From: Anaerolineae bacterium
GTDB taxonomy: Bacteria > Chloroflexota > Anaerolineae > Anaerolineales > Villigracilaceae
DNA: 64,000 nt
Assembly: GCA_018648685.1 (NCBI GenBank)
Contig: JABGQT010000140.1
Coordinates: 19,920-83,919 of the forward strand
Direction of reading: 5' to 3'
The position numbers were made by a program, and so were the translations under genes. The notes under the pieces were generated by a model. The model saw only the letters and a list, made by a program, of their open reading frames with translations, ran no database searches and had not been told where the DNA came from. How positions within the stretch are numbered: the stretch's first letter is position 1; the number at the start of each line of letters is the position of its first letter. Shown here piece after piece: positions 25,431-35,069 of this stretch.

Positions 25431-27938
25431 TTAGGCAAGTCCATAACTTTGCGGTTCTGGCAATATAACCCCGCTGGCGGCAATTTCAACAAGGGCGAGA
25501 AAAACAGCTTCTCGCATTTCTATATTGTCGCCATACATTTTGTGATATAGCGCATTGATGACGCCATCGCTGGGAGTCCGACGCAAATAGGCAAGAGCTG
25601 CAAGTTTTTCATCTATATCTTCACTCTTGAGCGCGAGTAAAAGAACTTCGGTGGCTGGTGCGCCGGGGGAGATACCCATCCCCTCTTTGCCTGCAAAGGC
25701 GATCAACCAAGGGCTTTCAGATGGAGGTGGTAATTTGCGCGGGATATGTAAATTAGGGGCTTTTCTTTTTTCAAGAATACCGGCGGCAATATCACGCACT
25801 GCCCATTCTTTATCTTCGAGCTGGGTGTGCAAAATTAATTCTTCTGCCCAAGCTTCTTGGATACGCGCCAGGCCATGCAAAGCTGAACGGCGGACGAGAA
25901 TATCGTCTATGCCGAGGGCTTCTTTCAGCGTTTCCCATCCTTCAGCAGGGTGATTTGCAAAGGCTTCTGCGGCGGCGCGGCGAAGATTTTCTTCTCCCTG
26001 CATGAGAGAGGTAGCGAGGGCGTTTAGAGCATCATTTGTTCCGATGGCTGCTAAAGCTAAGGCAACAGCACTGAGCGTATATGTATTACGGAATTTTATG
26101 AGGGTCTCCGCAAGCGGTTTTGCTGCTTTTTTATCTCGCATTAGCCCACAGCCCAATGCCGCAAGTTGGATAACGTAGACAGAACCGGATTGCAACAACT
26201 GTCTAAATAATGCCGCAACGCTCGGATCATTGCTTTGAGCAAGGGCGGTGATAATTTGTCCACGTAAACTGAGCGGCTGTGTGTCGTCTTGTAGTGTTTT
26301 AGCCAGAGCTGTCAACACTTTTCCGCGCCAGGCTGCTTTTCGGGATGCATCTCGAAGCCATCCACCCATCAGGAGCAGATTACGTTCTAGTACGGGATCA
26401 GGCATCCCCAAGAGCGTATCGACAAGATGAGATGTGTTGCTACTTGCTCCACTTGCGGCAAGATAGTGCATTGATAGAGTTTTTCCACTCCATGATGGCT
26501 GACTTACTAAGCGTTCGTCTACGCTATAGTTGCTGAGGGCACGCCCAGAGAGAAATCCACCAAAAATCGGGTGCATGAACCGCATTTGGCTACCACGATG
26601 TTTGGCGAGTAAACCACTTTGGGTTAATTTTTCTACTAATCCGCGCTTTGGAGCGACTTTTTCTTTTGAGCTTTTTGCTTCTTCTTCGTCTTCTTCGGGA
26701 ATTTCTTCTGGTGGCTCGAAAGATTTAACCCAACTATTTGCATTACGAGTACTGAAAAGAGGTTGGGAAGTCAGGCTAACTTGCATGGCAAGCGTTTCTA
26801 ATGCTGCAACAGGCACATCGGCTGGAGCAAGACGGCGTAGATGTGTTTCGATGGCTGCCATAGCCGTCTTTCCACGAATATCGCCTGCATAGCTTCCCCA
26901 AGCTTTTAGCGTAAGTTCAAGCGGGGTGAGTTTTTCACTTTCTATGCTTAGCCAAGCATTAAGCAAGGCTGATTCGACTTGCTCCGGTCCTGCTTGTACC
27001 CAAGCCTCGAGTGCGACGTAATTTTCCCAGAGCGTTCCCCATTTGTTGAGAAATGCTTGTCTTTCGAGACCGTTCCATCCTTTTAGAGAAAGCGATGCAA
27101 AACCAAGTGCTGTAAGTGTGCCCAGGAATTCTATAGAAGCTGTCGTAATAATTCGAATATTTGGGTATTCTTCCAGTAAAGCTGATAGATAACTGGTAAC
27201 TTTTTCTATTTCTTCTTGATGGATTTCATCCAGGCCATCAAGTAAAAGTAAGGCTCGCCCACTATGGAAACACATGCGAGTGAATTTTGGCAATCGCGTC
27301 GCATTAAAAAGGGATGCCTCTTCCGTAAGAAATTCGCTTATCGGGTCAAGGATATCTTTCGGGTCTGCATTGCTAAGGCCCAGGTCAGCAACATGTAAAA
27401 GAAAGGGAACGGCTTCGTGTAGTGCGCCCATTTCTTGATCTCTTTTTGCAATTAAGCTCGCAACATAGGCAAGGGCGACACTTTTTCCCATCCCGGGATC
27501 GCCGAGAATAGCCAAGTGAGTTCCCTCTGAGAGTGCTTCAGGAATGGTGAGCGTTTCTGTTTTGTAAAAAGAAGAAAAAGTGGAATCTTGGGGGAGGTAG
27601 GGGATAGTGAGGCTGGTTTGGTCTTGTGCGATAAAATCGCTGCCCGGGTCTACTTGCGGAGGTGGAGCAACAAGATGCGGTTTTATCAGAATTTCTTCGA
27701 GAGAGAAAAGAGGCGCGGCGAGGTGCGTCCCCTGTGCTTTTTTCAATACGGTCTGACGATGATGTTCTTCTATATTGCTGGCGCCGCGCATTGCAGCTTC
27801 TTCACGGCCTTTTTTCCAGTTTTCACGGATTTGTTTTAGCAGGGGGCGTGTCCATCTCAACAGAAGCCAAAACGCTGAAGCCGCAGCAGCACCGATCCAG
27901 AAAGAAATAGCATCAATAGTGAGATTGGAAAAACGCAT
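25431..27938 (-). CDS. STAND NTPase: N-terminal TM segment, NACHT-like P-loop domain, C-terminal HEAT-like repeats
   Basis: 835 aa with Walker A (GDPGMGKS) and Walker B (LLLLDGLDE). The C-terminal half consists of repeated Ala/Leu-rich helical units (HEAT/PBS-lyase type). Confidence 0.7.
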   Translation of the reverse strand: MRFSNLTIDAISFWIGAAAASAFWLLLRWTRPLLKQIRENWKKGREEAAMRGASNIEEHHRQTVLKKAQGTHLAAPLFSLEEILIKPHLVAPPPQVDPGSDFIAQDQTSLTIPYLPQDSTFSSFYKTETLTIPEALSEGTHLAILGDPGMGKSVALAYVASLIAKRDQEMGALHEAVPFLLHVADLGLSNADPKDILDPISEFLTEEASLFNATRLPKFTRMCFHSGRALLLLDGLDEIHQEEIEKVTSYLSALLEEYPNIRIITTASIEFLGTLTALGFASLSLKGWNGLERQAFLNKWGTLWENYVALEAWVQAGPEQVESALLNAWLSIESEKLTPLELTLKAWGSYAGDIRGKTAMAAIETHLRRLAPADVPVAALETLAMQVSLTSQPLFSTRNANSWVKSFEPPEEIPEEDEEEAKSSKEKVAPKRGLVEKLTQSGLLAKHRGSQMRFMHPIFGGFLSGRALSNYSVDERLVSQPSWSGKTLSMHYLAASGASSNTSHLVDTLLGMPDPVLERNLLLMGGWLRDASRKAAWRGKVLTALAKTLQDDTQPLSLRGQIITALAQSNDPSVAALFRQLLQSGSVYVIQLAALGCGLMRDKKAAKPLAETLIKFRNTYTLSAVALALAAIGTNDALNALATSLMQGEENLRRAAAEAFANHPAEGWETLKEALGIDDILVRRSALHGLARIQEAWAEELILHTQLEDKEWAVRDIAAGILEKRKAPNLHIPRKLPPPSESPWLIAFAGKEGMGISPGAPATEVLLLALKSEDIDEKLAALAYLRRTPSDGVINALYHKMYGDNIEMREAVFLALVEIAASGVILPEPQSYGLA

Positions 27939-27940
27939 TA

Positions 27941-28642
27941 CTAATTACCGTAAAGAATTCGTTGACAAGAAGAACAATATGCCATTTGGCTAACAGAACG
28001 AACTTTTTGTTGTAGAGCCGGGGTCAAGGTTGCGCCACACGCGGAGCAGCCGCCATCGTTGATCGCGGCAACGGCGACACCTCGTTTTCTTTTGCGAAGC
28101 TTATTATATAGTTCAAGATGGTCTGCCTGCACTGCCGGCAATGCGACTTCCCTCTCTTGGAGCATACGTGCTTTTTCTTTTTCTAATCCGCTTTGCTCAC
28201 CTGCCAATTGGCTATGCTCTTGCACGAGTTTTGCTTTCAGCGCATCCAAATCCTTTTGCGCGCTTTGCAAGATTTCACTTTGCTCATCATTCGCAAGCAT
28301 TGCCTCTAGCTGCACATCCTCTAACGTTAAAAGATAGCGTTTTAGCGATTCAGATTTCTTTTGTAGGTCTTGCACTTCTTTCGGATTTTTTACATTCCCA
28401 CTATAGAGCATTGATTCTGTTTGCTCAATTTTAACGCGCTGCTTCTTTACCTCATCCTCAGCCTTGCGCAGAGTCTTTTCTGTTTTACCCTGCTCGGCTT
28501 CACATCCTTCAAAATAAGCCGTAACGCGTTTCAACTCCTGATTATCATCAAGGATTTTTTGGATATCATCCAGACGGCGTTGAGTCTTATCAATTTGGCT
28601 ATCAACTTCTTGTAGGCGATAAAGATGAAAAGTTGTACTCAT
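27941..28642 (-). CDS. Coiled-coil protein with a C-terminal C4 zinc ribbon (COG1579-like)
   Basis: 233 aa with a long heptad-rich region, then CSACG...CSSC. It ends 2 nt before the NACHT gene start. Confidence 0.7.
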   Translation of the reverse strand: MSTTFHLYRLQEVDSQIDKTQRRLDDIQKILDDNQELKRVTAYFEGCEAEQGKTEKTLRKAEDEVKKQRVKIEQTESMLYSGNVKNPKEVQDLQKKSESLKRYLLTLEDVQLEAMLANDEQSEILQSAQKDLDALKAKLVQEHSQLAGEQSGLEKEKARMLQEREVALPAVQADHLELYNKLRKRKRGVAVAAINDGGCSACGATLTPALQQKVRSVSQMAYCSSCQRILYGN

Positions 28643-28789
28643 AGACAGATTATAAACGATAAAAAGTCTTTCTTATTCGGGATTTGGGATTCGCACCACG
28701 TGTGATCTAAGCTGGCTTCCGTTTAAAAAGTGTTTTCTCAACTTCATCATTTCTCTGCAGAATTCCGCATTCAGATTTTTTTGGAGAGG

Positions 28790-30286
28790 TTAAGAACCAA
28801 TTAGATTGAAATAGTTATAAATTGCCTGAGTCAATTCCACAAAAAGCGGATTGACCTCCCCCCAAATCCCCTGCACGGGATGGTAGGTGTAAATGGCGAG
28901 CACAAAATCTCCGCCTGGTGTGTAGACGATACCCACGTCGCTAATATCGTGAACAACGCCAAAACGGTCGGGGATAAATCCGTGTTTATGAGCGACTTTT
29001 GTCCCGTCGGGGAGACCAGCTTGGATGAGAGAGCCAAATTTATCTTGCTCCATATACTTGATCATCAGTTGACAATCGGCTTGGCTAATTTGGTTGGGGA
29101 AAGCCGCGATCAGCGCGCCGCCACCTGTTTCTGAACATTGATATATGTCAGTGAGCAACATACCTATATCAGAGGATGTTGTTTGATTATAGTCGTCGGG
29201 ATTGGTGTATACATCTGTGCGTTGATTCGCTGGGGTGCTATAGCGCTTCAAAAGAGGACAAGGGTTTGCCGGGCTGCAAAAGAAGCCAGCCATAAAGGTG
29301 TTCTCCAGCCCCAATTTTTGCAGATCTTCAGTCACGATGATAGGACCTTGGAATGCGTCAATCTGAGTCATCAAAATATCGGCGGCAGCATTATCTGATT
29401 GTTGGAAGACATCTTCCATATATCCGGCTGTTCTTTCATCCGGTGTGCCGCGGTGGATGATATTGGAGAGCATGATCGGGATTTTGATTGTGCTGGATGC
29501 CGTGATGGCAATATCTGGTTCTAGTAAAAGTTCTTCTCCATTGTCTAATGCGAAATGGACCTCTTGTGCGTTCTGTAAATCGCTCAGATAGAGAGAGATC
29601 ACACCATCAAAGCCGGAAAGATCAATGATTTGCTTGAGCAAAATTTCGAGATTTTCCATGGTTGGACGGGCAGGTGCTGTCTCCTGATAAGAGAGGGCAA
29701 TAGTTCTACTTGTAGGAGATTCGAGCGCATCTTCTATAAGAGTCAGTGCTCGGTCAATATTAAGCTCTTGCCCCGCTGATCCACTTTCAAAGATAACGGT
29801 TCCTGCAATGGGTTGAGCGGTGGATGCAGGCTTATCGTAGCGCGGAGCTATTTCAGTTTCGAGATAAGCGAGAAGTTGTTCATCTTCCAGAGATGCTCGG
29901 AGGGGAATAGCAGATGCGGGTCGAGGGCGATTCCAGAGATTATCCCAAAACCCGCCCCAAAAAGGAGATGTGGTACGCACGAGGTCGGCGGCAGCGATCA
30001 TGCTTTCAATATCCACGCTGAAGCCAACTTGCGATGGTGAAATGTGGATGATTTCGCCCGCATATTGCACTTCGATAGGTTGCGAATAAACTTGTAGAAC
30101 ACGCTCTGAGGCAGTTTGAGCGTTTACACCGCCAACGGCGACGCCGCCAATGGTCATCCCCGCAGGGTAATTATTTCGTTCACGGCTGTAGTTGAAGAGT
30201 TGAAACAGGGTCATCGCAACCGCGGCAACGATGAAGATCAAAGAAATAACACGAATGATCAAAAATGATGGATTACGGGTTCTCAC
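28790..30286 (-). CDS. Membrane-anchored class A beta-lactamase-like serine hydrolase
   Basis: 498 aa with a GTG start after GGAGG and an N-terminal TM. The SxxK (STIK), SDN and KxG (KHG) motifs occur in the correct order. Confidence 0.6.
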   Translation of the reverse strand: MRTRNPSFLIIRVISLIFIVAAVAMTLFQLFNYSRERNNYPAGMTIGGVAVGGVNAQTASERVLQVYSQPIEVQYAGEIIHISPSQVGFSVDIESMIAAADLVRTTSPFWGGFWDNLWNRPRPASAIPLRASLEDEQLLAYLETEIAPRYDKPASTAQPIAGTVIFESGSAGQELNIDRALTLIEDALESPTSRTIALSYQETAPARPTMENLEILLKQIIDLSGFDGVISLYLSDLQNAQEVHFALDNGEELLLEPDIAITASSTIKIPIMLSNIIHRGTPDERTAGYMEDVFQQSDNAAADILMTQIDAFQGPIIVTEDLQKLGLENTFMAGFFCSPANPCPLLKRYSTPANQRTDVYTNPDDYNQTTSSDIGMLLTDIYQCSETGGGALIAAFPNQISQADCQLMIKYMEQDKFGSLIQAGLPDGTKVAHKHGFIPDRFGVVHDISDVGIVYTPGGDFVLAIYTYHPVQGIWGEVNPLFVELTQAIYNYFNLIGS

Positions 30287-30521
30287 ATAGCCTCCGAGAA
30301 GGTTTTTTCTAAAATTTATGACTTATGTCACCCGCAGAGTATAACACGCTCATTCTCTCTTGTAAGCATCCATGCATTACTATAAAGTGCGCCAGAAATT
30401 AGCGTGTCTGCTAAGCAAAAAGGGTAGGCCTCTATTTATGGATACTGCCTCGTTGAGCGATGCTCTTATGCTATTATGTAGATGAAATGCCTTAGAAATC
30501 TATATCCAATTAGGAGAAAAA

Positions 30522-31487
30522 ATGCTTCGATCTTTTCTTATCTATTTATCACAAGCAGGGTGGGCACAACGAATGGTTACGGGTTGGTCTTTTGCCTGGA
30601 ATGTTGCATCTCGATTTGTGGCAGGGGAGACGAACGAAGAAGCGATTGCTGTAGTAGAGGAATTAAATGCCAAAGGAATTAACGCAACTTTAGATCAACT
30701 TGGCGAACATACTTCACGCGCTGAAGAAGCCGTGCAATCTACCGAAGAGATTTTAGGTATTTTAGATGCTATCGAAGAATCTGGCGTGCGGGCTGGGGTT
30801 TCGATCAAGTTAACCCAAATTGGAATGGGGCTGGATTCGACCATTTGCCGCCAAAACTTGCGCCGTATTTTAGAGCGTGCAAAAGAGCATGACAATTTTG
30901 TGCGTATAGATATTGAAGATACGCCTTATACAGATATTACTATTGAAGCCTATAATGAAACGCTCTCGGCTGGTTTTACACCCGAAACGGTGGGGATGGC
31001 TGTACAATCCTATCTTTATCGCGCCGAAGAAGATACAAAAAAAATGCTCGAAAATGGTACGCGCTTCCGCTTAATTAAGGGCGCATATAAAGAGCCGCCA
31101 AACTTGGCATATCCTAAAAAAGAAGATGTCGATGCTAATTTCGATTTGCTCACAAAAATCCTGATGGATGCCACGCTTGAAAATAAATTTGTGAAAGTAA
31201 GTGAAGACGGACGCACCCCGCCTGTTCCCGCTATTGCTACGCAAGACGATAAAAGAGTTGAGTTTGCAAAACAATATGCCAAGAAAATTGGACTTGAAAA
31301 AGAATTCTTCGAATTTCAGATGCTCTACGGCATTCGCCGCGATTTGCAAAACCAACTTGTAGACGAAGGTTATCAAGTCCGCGTTTATGTCCCCTTTGGT
31401 ACACAATGGTATCCTTATTTTATGCGCCGCTTAGCAGAACGCCCCGCTAATGTATGGTTCTTTATCTCAAATTTCTTTAAAAAATAG
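30522..31487 (+). CDS. Proline dehydrogenase family protein
   Basis: 321 aa of monofunctional PutA-like TIM-barrel type (RLIKGAYKEP, QMLYGIRRDLQ). An AGGAG RBS is present. Confidence 0.8.
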   Translation: MLRSFLIYLSQAGWAQRMVTGWSFAWNVASRFVAGETNEEAIAVVEELNAKGINATLDQLGEHTSRAEEAVQSTEEILGILDAIEESGVRAGVSIKLTQIGMGLDSTICRQNLRRILERAKEHDNFVRIDIEDTPYTDITIEAYNETLSAGFTPETVGMAVQSYLYRAEEDTKKMLENGTRFRLIKGAYKEPPNLAYPKKEDVDANFDLLTKILMDATLENKFVKVSEDGRTPPVPAIATQDDKRVEFAKQYAKKIGLEKEFFEFQMLYGIRRDLQNQLVDEGYQVRVYVPFGTQWYPYFMRRLAERPANVWFFISNFFKK

Positions 31488-31500
31488 TTTCCCCTTTAAT

Positions 31501-31521
31501 TCCCCCCGATTGCGGGGGGGA
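31501..31521. repeat. C6/G6 hairpin module (copy 1; second copy at 42211-42232)
   Basis: TCCCCCCGATTGCGGGGGGGA lies 14 nt after a stop codon. It resembles CTCCCCCCGCTTGCGGGGGGAG at 42211-42232. Confidence 0.6.
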
Positions 31522-31556
31522 TGCCCTTTGGGGCAGGGGGGCGTAGTGGTACACTT

Positions 31557-31588
31557 AAATGCGAAAGTGAATTTCGCATTTTTGTTTT
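31557..31588 (+). terminator. Intrinsic terminator after the proline dehydrogenase gene
   Basis: AAATGCGAAA pairs with TTTCGCATTT (10 bp, 5-nt loop), followed by TTGTTTT. Confidence 0.7.
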
Positions 31589-31592
31589 AATT

Positions 31593-32327
31593 ATGAAAAA
31601 AGATATTATTCCTCTTGCCATCGTCACTGGAGCCGCCCATCGTTTGGGGCGTGTTTTTGCGCACACCCTTGCCAAGCAGGGATATGCAATTTTGCTTCAC
31701 TACAATAATTCTGTGGATGCGGCAGAGGCGACGGCGTCAGCGTTGCGTTCCTTGGGCGTAGAAGTCATTCTGGCTCAAGCCAATTTGGCGGATACGGACT
31801 CAGCCCTTGGCTTGTTCGGCGTGGTAGATTCATCTCCTCACCCGCTGCGTGTTCTCGTTAATTCTGCGGCAACCATGCAACCTGCCGATGCCCGCACATT
31901 ATCTCTCCCCGATTGGGACGCGACGATGGATCTCAACCTCCGCGCTCCATTTTTTCTCGCCCAGCAAGCCCAAATCCGGATGAGCGAAGCGGGCGGCGGG
32001 TTGATCGTTAATATCACGGATGTTGGGGCAGAAAAAGTTTGGTCAAAATTCCCGGATTATGTGGTCAGCAAAGCGGCCCTCCAATCTCTCACGAAAATTC
32101 TCGCGCGTAGCTTTGCTCCCTCTGTGCGTGTTAATGCAATCGCCCCGGGCCTCACACTTCCCGCAGACGATTTCCCCACAGAAGAATGGGAGCGATTAGT
32201 TGAACGTATCCCTCTTAAGCGCCCTGCACACATGAGCGAGATTGCTTCTGCGCTCGAATTTTTACTCAAAAATGAATATATTACGGGGCAGACCATCACC
32301 GTAGATGGTGGATATTCTCTGCTCTAG
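31593..32327 (+). CDS. SDR family oxidoreductase (pteridine-reductase-like)
   Basis: TGAAHRLG cofactor motif and YVVSK catalytic motif are present. The ATG at 31593 is preferred over the track start at 31521, which runs through the GC hairpins and the terminator. Confidence 0.8.
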   Translation: MKKDIIPLAIVTGAAHRLGRVFAHTLAKQGYAILLHYNNSVDAAEATASALRSLGVEVILAQANLADTDSALGLFGVVDSSPHPLRVLVNSAATMQPADARTLSLPDWDATMDLNLRAPFFLAQQAQIRMSEAGGGLIVNITDVGAEKVWSKFPDYVVSKAALQSLTKILARSFAPSVRVNAIAPGLTLPADDFPTEEWERLVERIPLKRPAHMSEIASALEFLLKNEYITGQTITVDGGYSLL

Positions 32328-32464
32328 CCGTATGGGCGACCCGCTTTGATAGTTATTCTACGCTTTGTTGTTATCTGGCTGCTTCTTTTGATGAAAGGTT
32401 TTTCTGCGAAGCCAAAAGGGTCGCCCCTGCTGATAACTGAAAACTGAAGACTAAGGACTGAATC

Positions 32465-32938
32465 ATGCCAAAATCCCCAGCTTTCCTCGCAAAACGCCTC
32501 CGTAGCGAAGGCGAAAAAACGACCGCTTTCTTTGCTGGCCTGGATGAAGCTGATTGGAATCAAACCGTCTACACCGAAGGCGGCGAGTGGACAATTCGTA
32601 ATGTTCTTGTGCATTTTGTGACCGCAGAACAAGCTTTTTTGAAACTCTTCCCCAGCATCATTGATGGCGGCGAAGGTGTATCTAAAGATTTTGACCTAGA
32701 TCGCTATAATGCTCGTCAGCAGGAAAAAGCGCAAAAACTATCGCCACAAGAGTTACTCGTTCAATTTCAAGATATCCGCATAAAAATGGCGGCGTGGGCG
32801 GAGACTCTCAGCGCAGAGGACCTGCAAAAAGAAGGTCGCCATCCATTTTTAGAAGAAACCAGAGTAGAAGAAATGATAAAACTCGTATATCGGCATAATC
32901 AAATTCATTATCGGGATATACGTAAAAGTATTGAATAA
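32465..32938 (+). CDS. DinB-family (four-helix-bundle) protein
   Basis: 157 aa with a His-containing VLVHFVTAEQAF block and a C-terminal HYRDI block. Confidence 0.65.
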   Translation: MPKSPAFLAKRLRSEGEKTTAFFAGLDEADWNQTVYTEGGEWTIRNVLVHFVTAEQAFLKLFPSIIDGGEGVSKDFDLDRYNARQQEKAQKLSPQELLVQFQDIRIKMAAWAETLSAEDLQKEGRHPFLEETRVEEMIKLVYRHNQIHYRDIRKSIE

Positions 32939-32950
32939 GCTGAAGAAAAA

Positions 32951-33832
32951 ATGACACGTTTAAAACATCTCCTCACTTTCTCAAACCCTCTCCTCCTCGC
33001 CCTCGTCGCGCTGACCTATACCCTTGGCACGGGCATTGCTCGTTACCTCGGACGTGCCGACCATCCTCTCGTCTTTGGGATGGGATTTGGCTGGGTAATC
33101 CTGTTGCTCTTGGCAATGAATTTGCTAGCGATTTATTTTCGCCCGCATAATGAGCGGCTTACCGAGGAAGAAACAATTGTCGAGCGAAATTGGCTGCGCG
33201 CAGCAGCTTTTCAAATTTCTATTGCAGCCTTGAGCGTTGTCGCTTTACTGACGGTTTTTCTTTTGCAGCAAGGCGTTTCTCCTGCCGCGCTCTTTTTTGC
33301 CCTCCTCATCTTTCTTGCCGCCATTGCTTACGCTCTCCCACCCTTGCGCCTTGTCACGAGCGGTTTTGGCGAATTTATTCTCGCCATTCTCTTTGCGCTT
33401 CTCATCCCAGCATTTTCTCTAACCTTGCAGTTGGGCGAACTTCATCGTCTGCTTGGCGCAGTCGCTTTTCCTCTTGCGGCTCTTGCTCTGGCCTTCTTCC
33501 TTGTGCTCAATTTCCCTGCTTATAAAGAGGACCATAAATATGAACGGGGCAGCTTATTGCTTCGCGTTGGTTGGCAGAGAGCGATTTCTCTTCATCATAT
33601 ACTCATTTTTAGTGCCTATTTCCTTTTTGCGGCGATGCCCTTTATCGCATCCGTTCCCTGGGCTGTGATCTCATCTGTTTTTCTAGTGATGCCTTTTGCC
33701 ATTTTCCAAGTTTATTGGATGCAGCAAATCGCTAATGGTGTCAGCCCAAACTATAAATTTCTGACTCTCCTCGCCATCACCGTTTTGGGATTAACAACCT
33801 ATACCCTCACCCTCACCTTTTGGATTCGCTAA
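32951..33832 (+). CDS. Polytopic membrane protein, UbiA-prenyltransferase-like with a degenerate first Asp-rich motif
   Basis: 293 aa with 8-9 TM segments. YKEDHKYERGSLLLRVG resembles the second UbiA motif. No NxxxDxxxD first motif was found. Confidence 0.4.
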   Translation: MTRLKHLLTFSNPLLLALVALTYTLGTGIARYLGRADHPLVFGMGFGWVILLLLAMNLLAIYFRPHNERLTEEETIVERNWLRAAAFQISIAALSVVALLTVFLLQQGVSPAALFFALLIFLAAIAYALPPLRLVTSGFGEFILAILFALLIPAFSLTLQLGELHRLLGAVAFPLAALALAFFLVLNFPAYKEDHKYERGSLLLRVGWQRAISLHHILIFSAYFLFAAMPFIASVPWAVISSVFLVMPFAIFQVYWMQQIANGVSPNYKFLTLLAITVLGLTTYTLTLTFWIR

Positions 33833-33836
33833 GCTT

Positions 33837-35069
33837 ATGCCCGAATTTCTGACCCTTCTACCCCCTCAAGAATCATTGGATAAATTGCTACGGAACCTCC
33901 CCGTACCGAAACTGGCTACCGAAAAAATAGAGACCGCCTCGGCATTAGGCAGGATCATTGCAGCCGATCTCGGCGCCCCACACGCTTTGCCCGAATTTCC
34001 GCGTTCTACAGTAGATGGATTCGCTGTCAAAGCCGCTGATACTTATGGGGCATCCGATTCGCTCCCCGCCTACCTAAACCTGATCGGCGAATGCCCGATG
34101 GGAGCGACTCCTGACCTTGAAATTATATCTACAACGACGGCTATTATCCACACCGGCGGGATGCTGCCAAAAGGCGCAGATGCAGTCGTGATGCTCGAAT
34201 ATACGCAGACTGTTGATAATGAAATCGAAATTCTCCGTGCCGTTGCCGATGGGGAGAACGTGATCCGCATCGGGGAAGATGTTGCTCAGGGAGCACTGAT
34301 CAAGCCCAAAGGGAGCCTGATCCGACCCGCTGAAGTGGGGGGATTAATGGCTTTGGGATTTGTAGATGTCGAAGTGTTGAAACATCCCAAAATCGGTATT
34401 ATCTCCAGCGGGGATGAAGTAGTTCCCCCCGAAAAACGTCCCCACCCCGGGCAAGTCCGGGATATTAATTCCTACACTTTAGCCACGTTGGTCGAAAAAT
34501 ATGGCGGAGAAGCCATCGTGTATGGCATCGTCTCTGACAGTATGGATGCGATGAAAAAGGCGATTTCACGGGCATTAGATGAGTGCGAAATGGTGCTCAT
34601 CACGGCGGGATCATCCGCCAGTTCACGTGATATGACCGCCGCCGCGATAGAGGCATTGGGCGAGCCGGGCGTGCTGGTGCATGGCGTAAACACCCGCCCC
34701 GGAAAGCCGACCATTTTGGGCGTTTGCGACGGAAAAGCGGTGATCGGGCTGCCGGGAAACCCCGTTAGTGCCTTGGTGAATGGATATGTTTTTGTCGCAC
34801 CACTCATCCGCTGTTTGCTTGGGCAAGATGCCGCCGAATTACGCCCGAGCGTTTCTGCAAAATTGACCGTGAATATCCCCTCGCAGGCTGGGCGCGAAGA
34901 TTGGATACCAATAAAGCTAAAGCAGGATAGTGATAGTTTTCTCGCCGAACCCATCTTTGGTAAATCGAACCTGATTTTTACTCTTGTTGCCGCTGATGGT
35001 CTACTCAAAATCGCCCCCGATGCGACAGGTTTGAGCGCGGGCGAGATAGTGGAAGTGATTTTTTTATGA
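33837..35069 (+). CDS. moeA: Molybdopterin molybdotransferase MoeA
   Basis: 410 aa with the typical MoeA blocks (STVDGFAV, SSGDE, ITAGSSAS, PGNPVSA). Confidence 0.85.
   Translation: MPEFLTLLPPQESLDKLLRNLPVPKLATEKIETASALGRIIAADLGAPHALPEFPRSTVDGFAVKAADTYGASDSLPAYLNLIGECPMGATPDLEIISTTTAIIHTGGMLPKGADAVVMLEYTQTVDNEIEILRAVADGENVIRIGEDVAQGALIKPKGSLIRPAEVGGLMALGFVDVEVLKHPKIGIISSGDEVVPPEKRPHPGQVRDINSYTLATLVEKYGGEAIVYGIVSDSMDAMKKAISRALDECEMVLITAGSSASSRDMTAAAIEALGEPGVLVHGVNTRPGKPTILGVCDGKAVIGLPGNPVSALVNGYVFVAPLIRCLLGQDAAELRPSVSAKLTVNIPSQAGREDWIPIKLKQDSDSFLAEPIFGKSNLIFTLVAADGLLKIAPDATGLSAGEIVEVIFL

Noticed and set aside
25431-27938. Calling the NACHT-HEAT protein an Avs-type antiphage sensor
   Set aside because: No nuclease, protease, TIR or other effector domain was recognised, and no neighbouring defence genes are present. 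It is kept as a generic STAND NTPase.
31521-31592. Upstream extension of the SDR gene (track start MPFGAGGRSG...)
   Set aside because: The extension is encoded by the C6/G6 hairpins and the terminator stem. SDR proteins normally begin a few residues before the TGxxxxxG motif, which fits the ATG at 31593.
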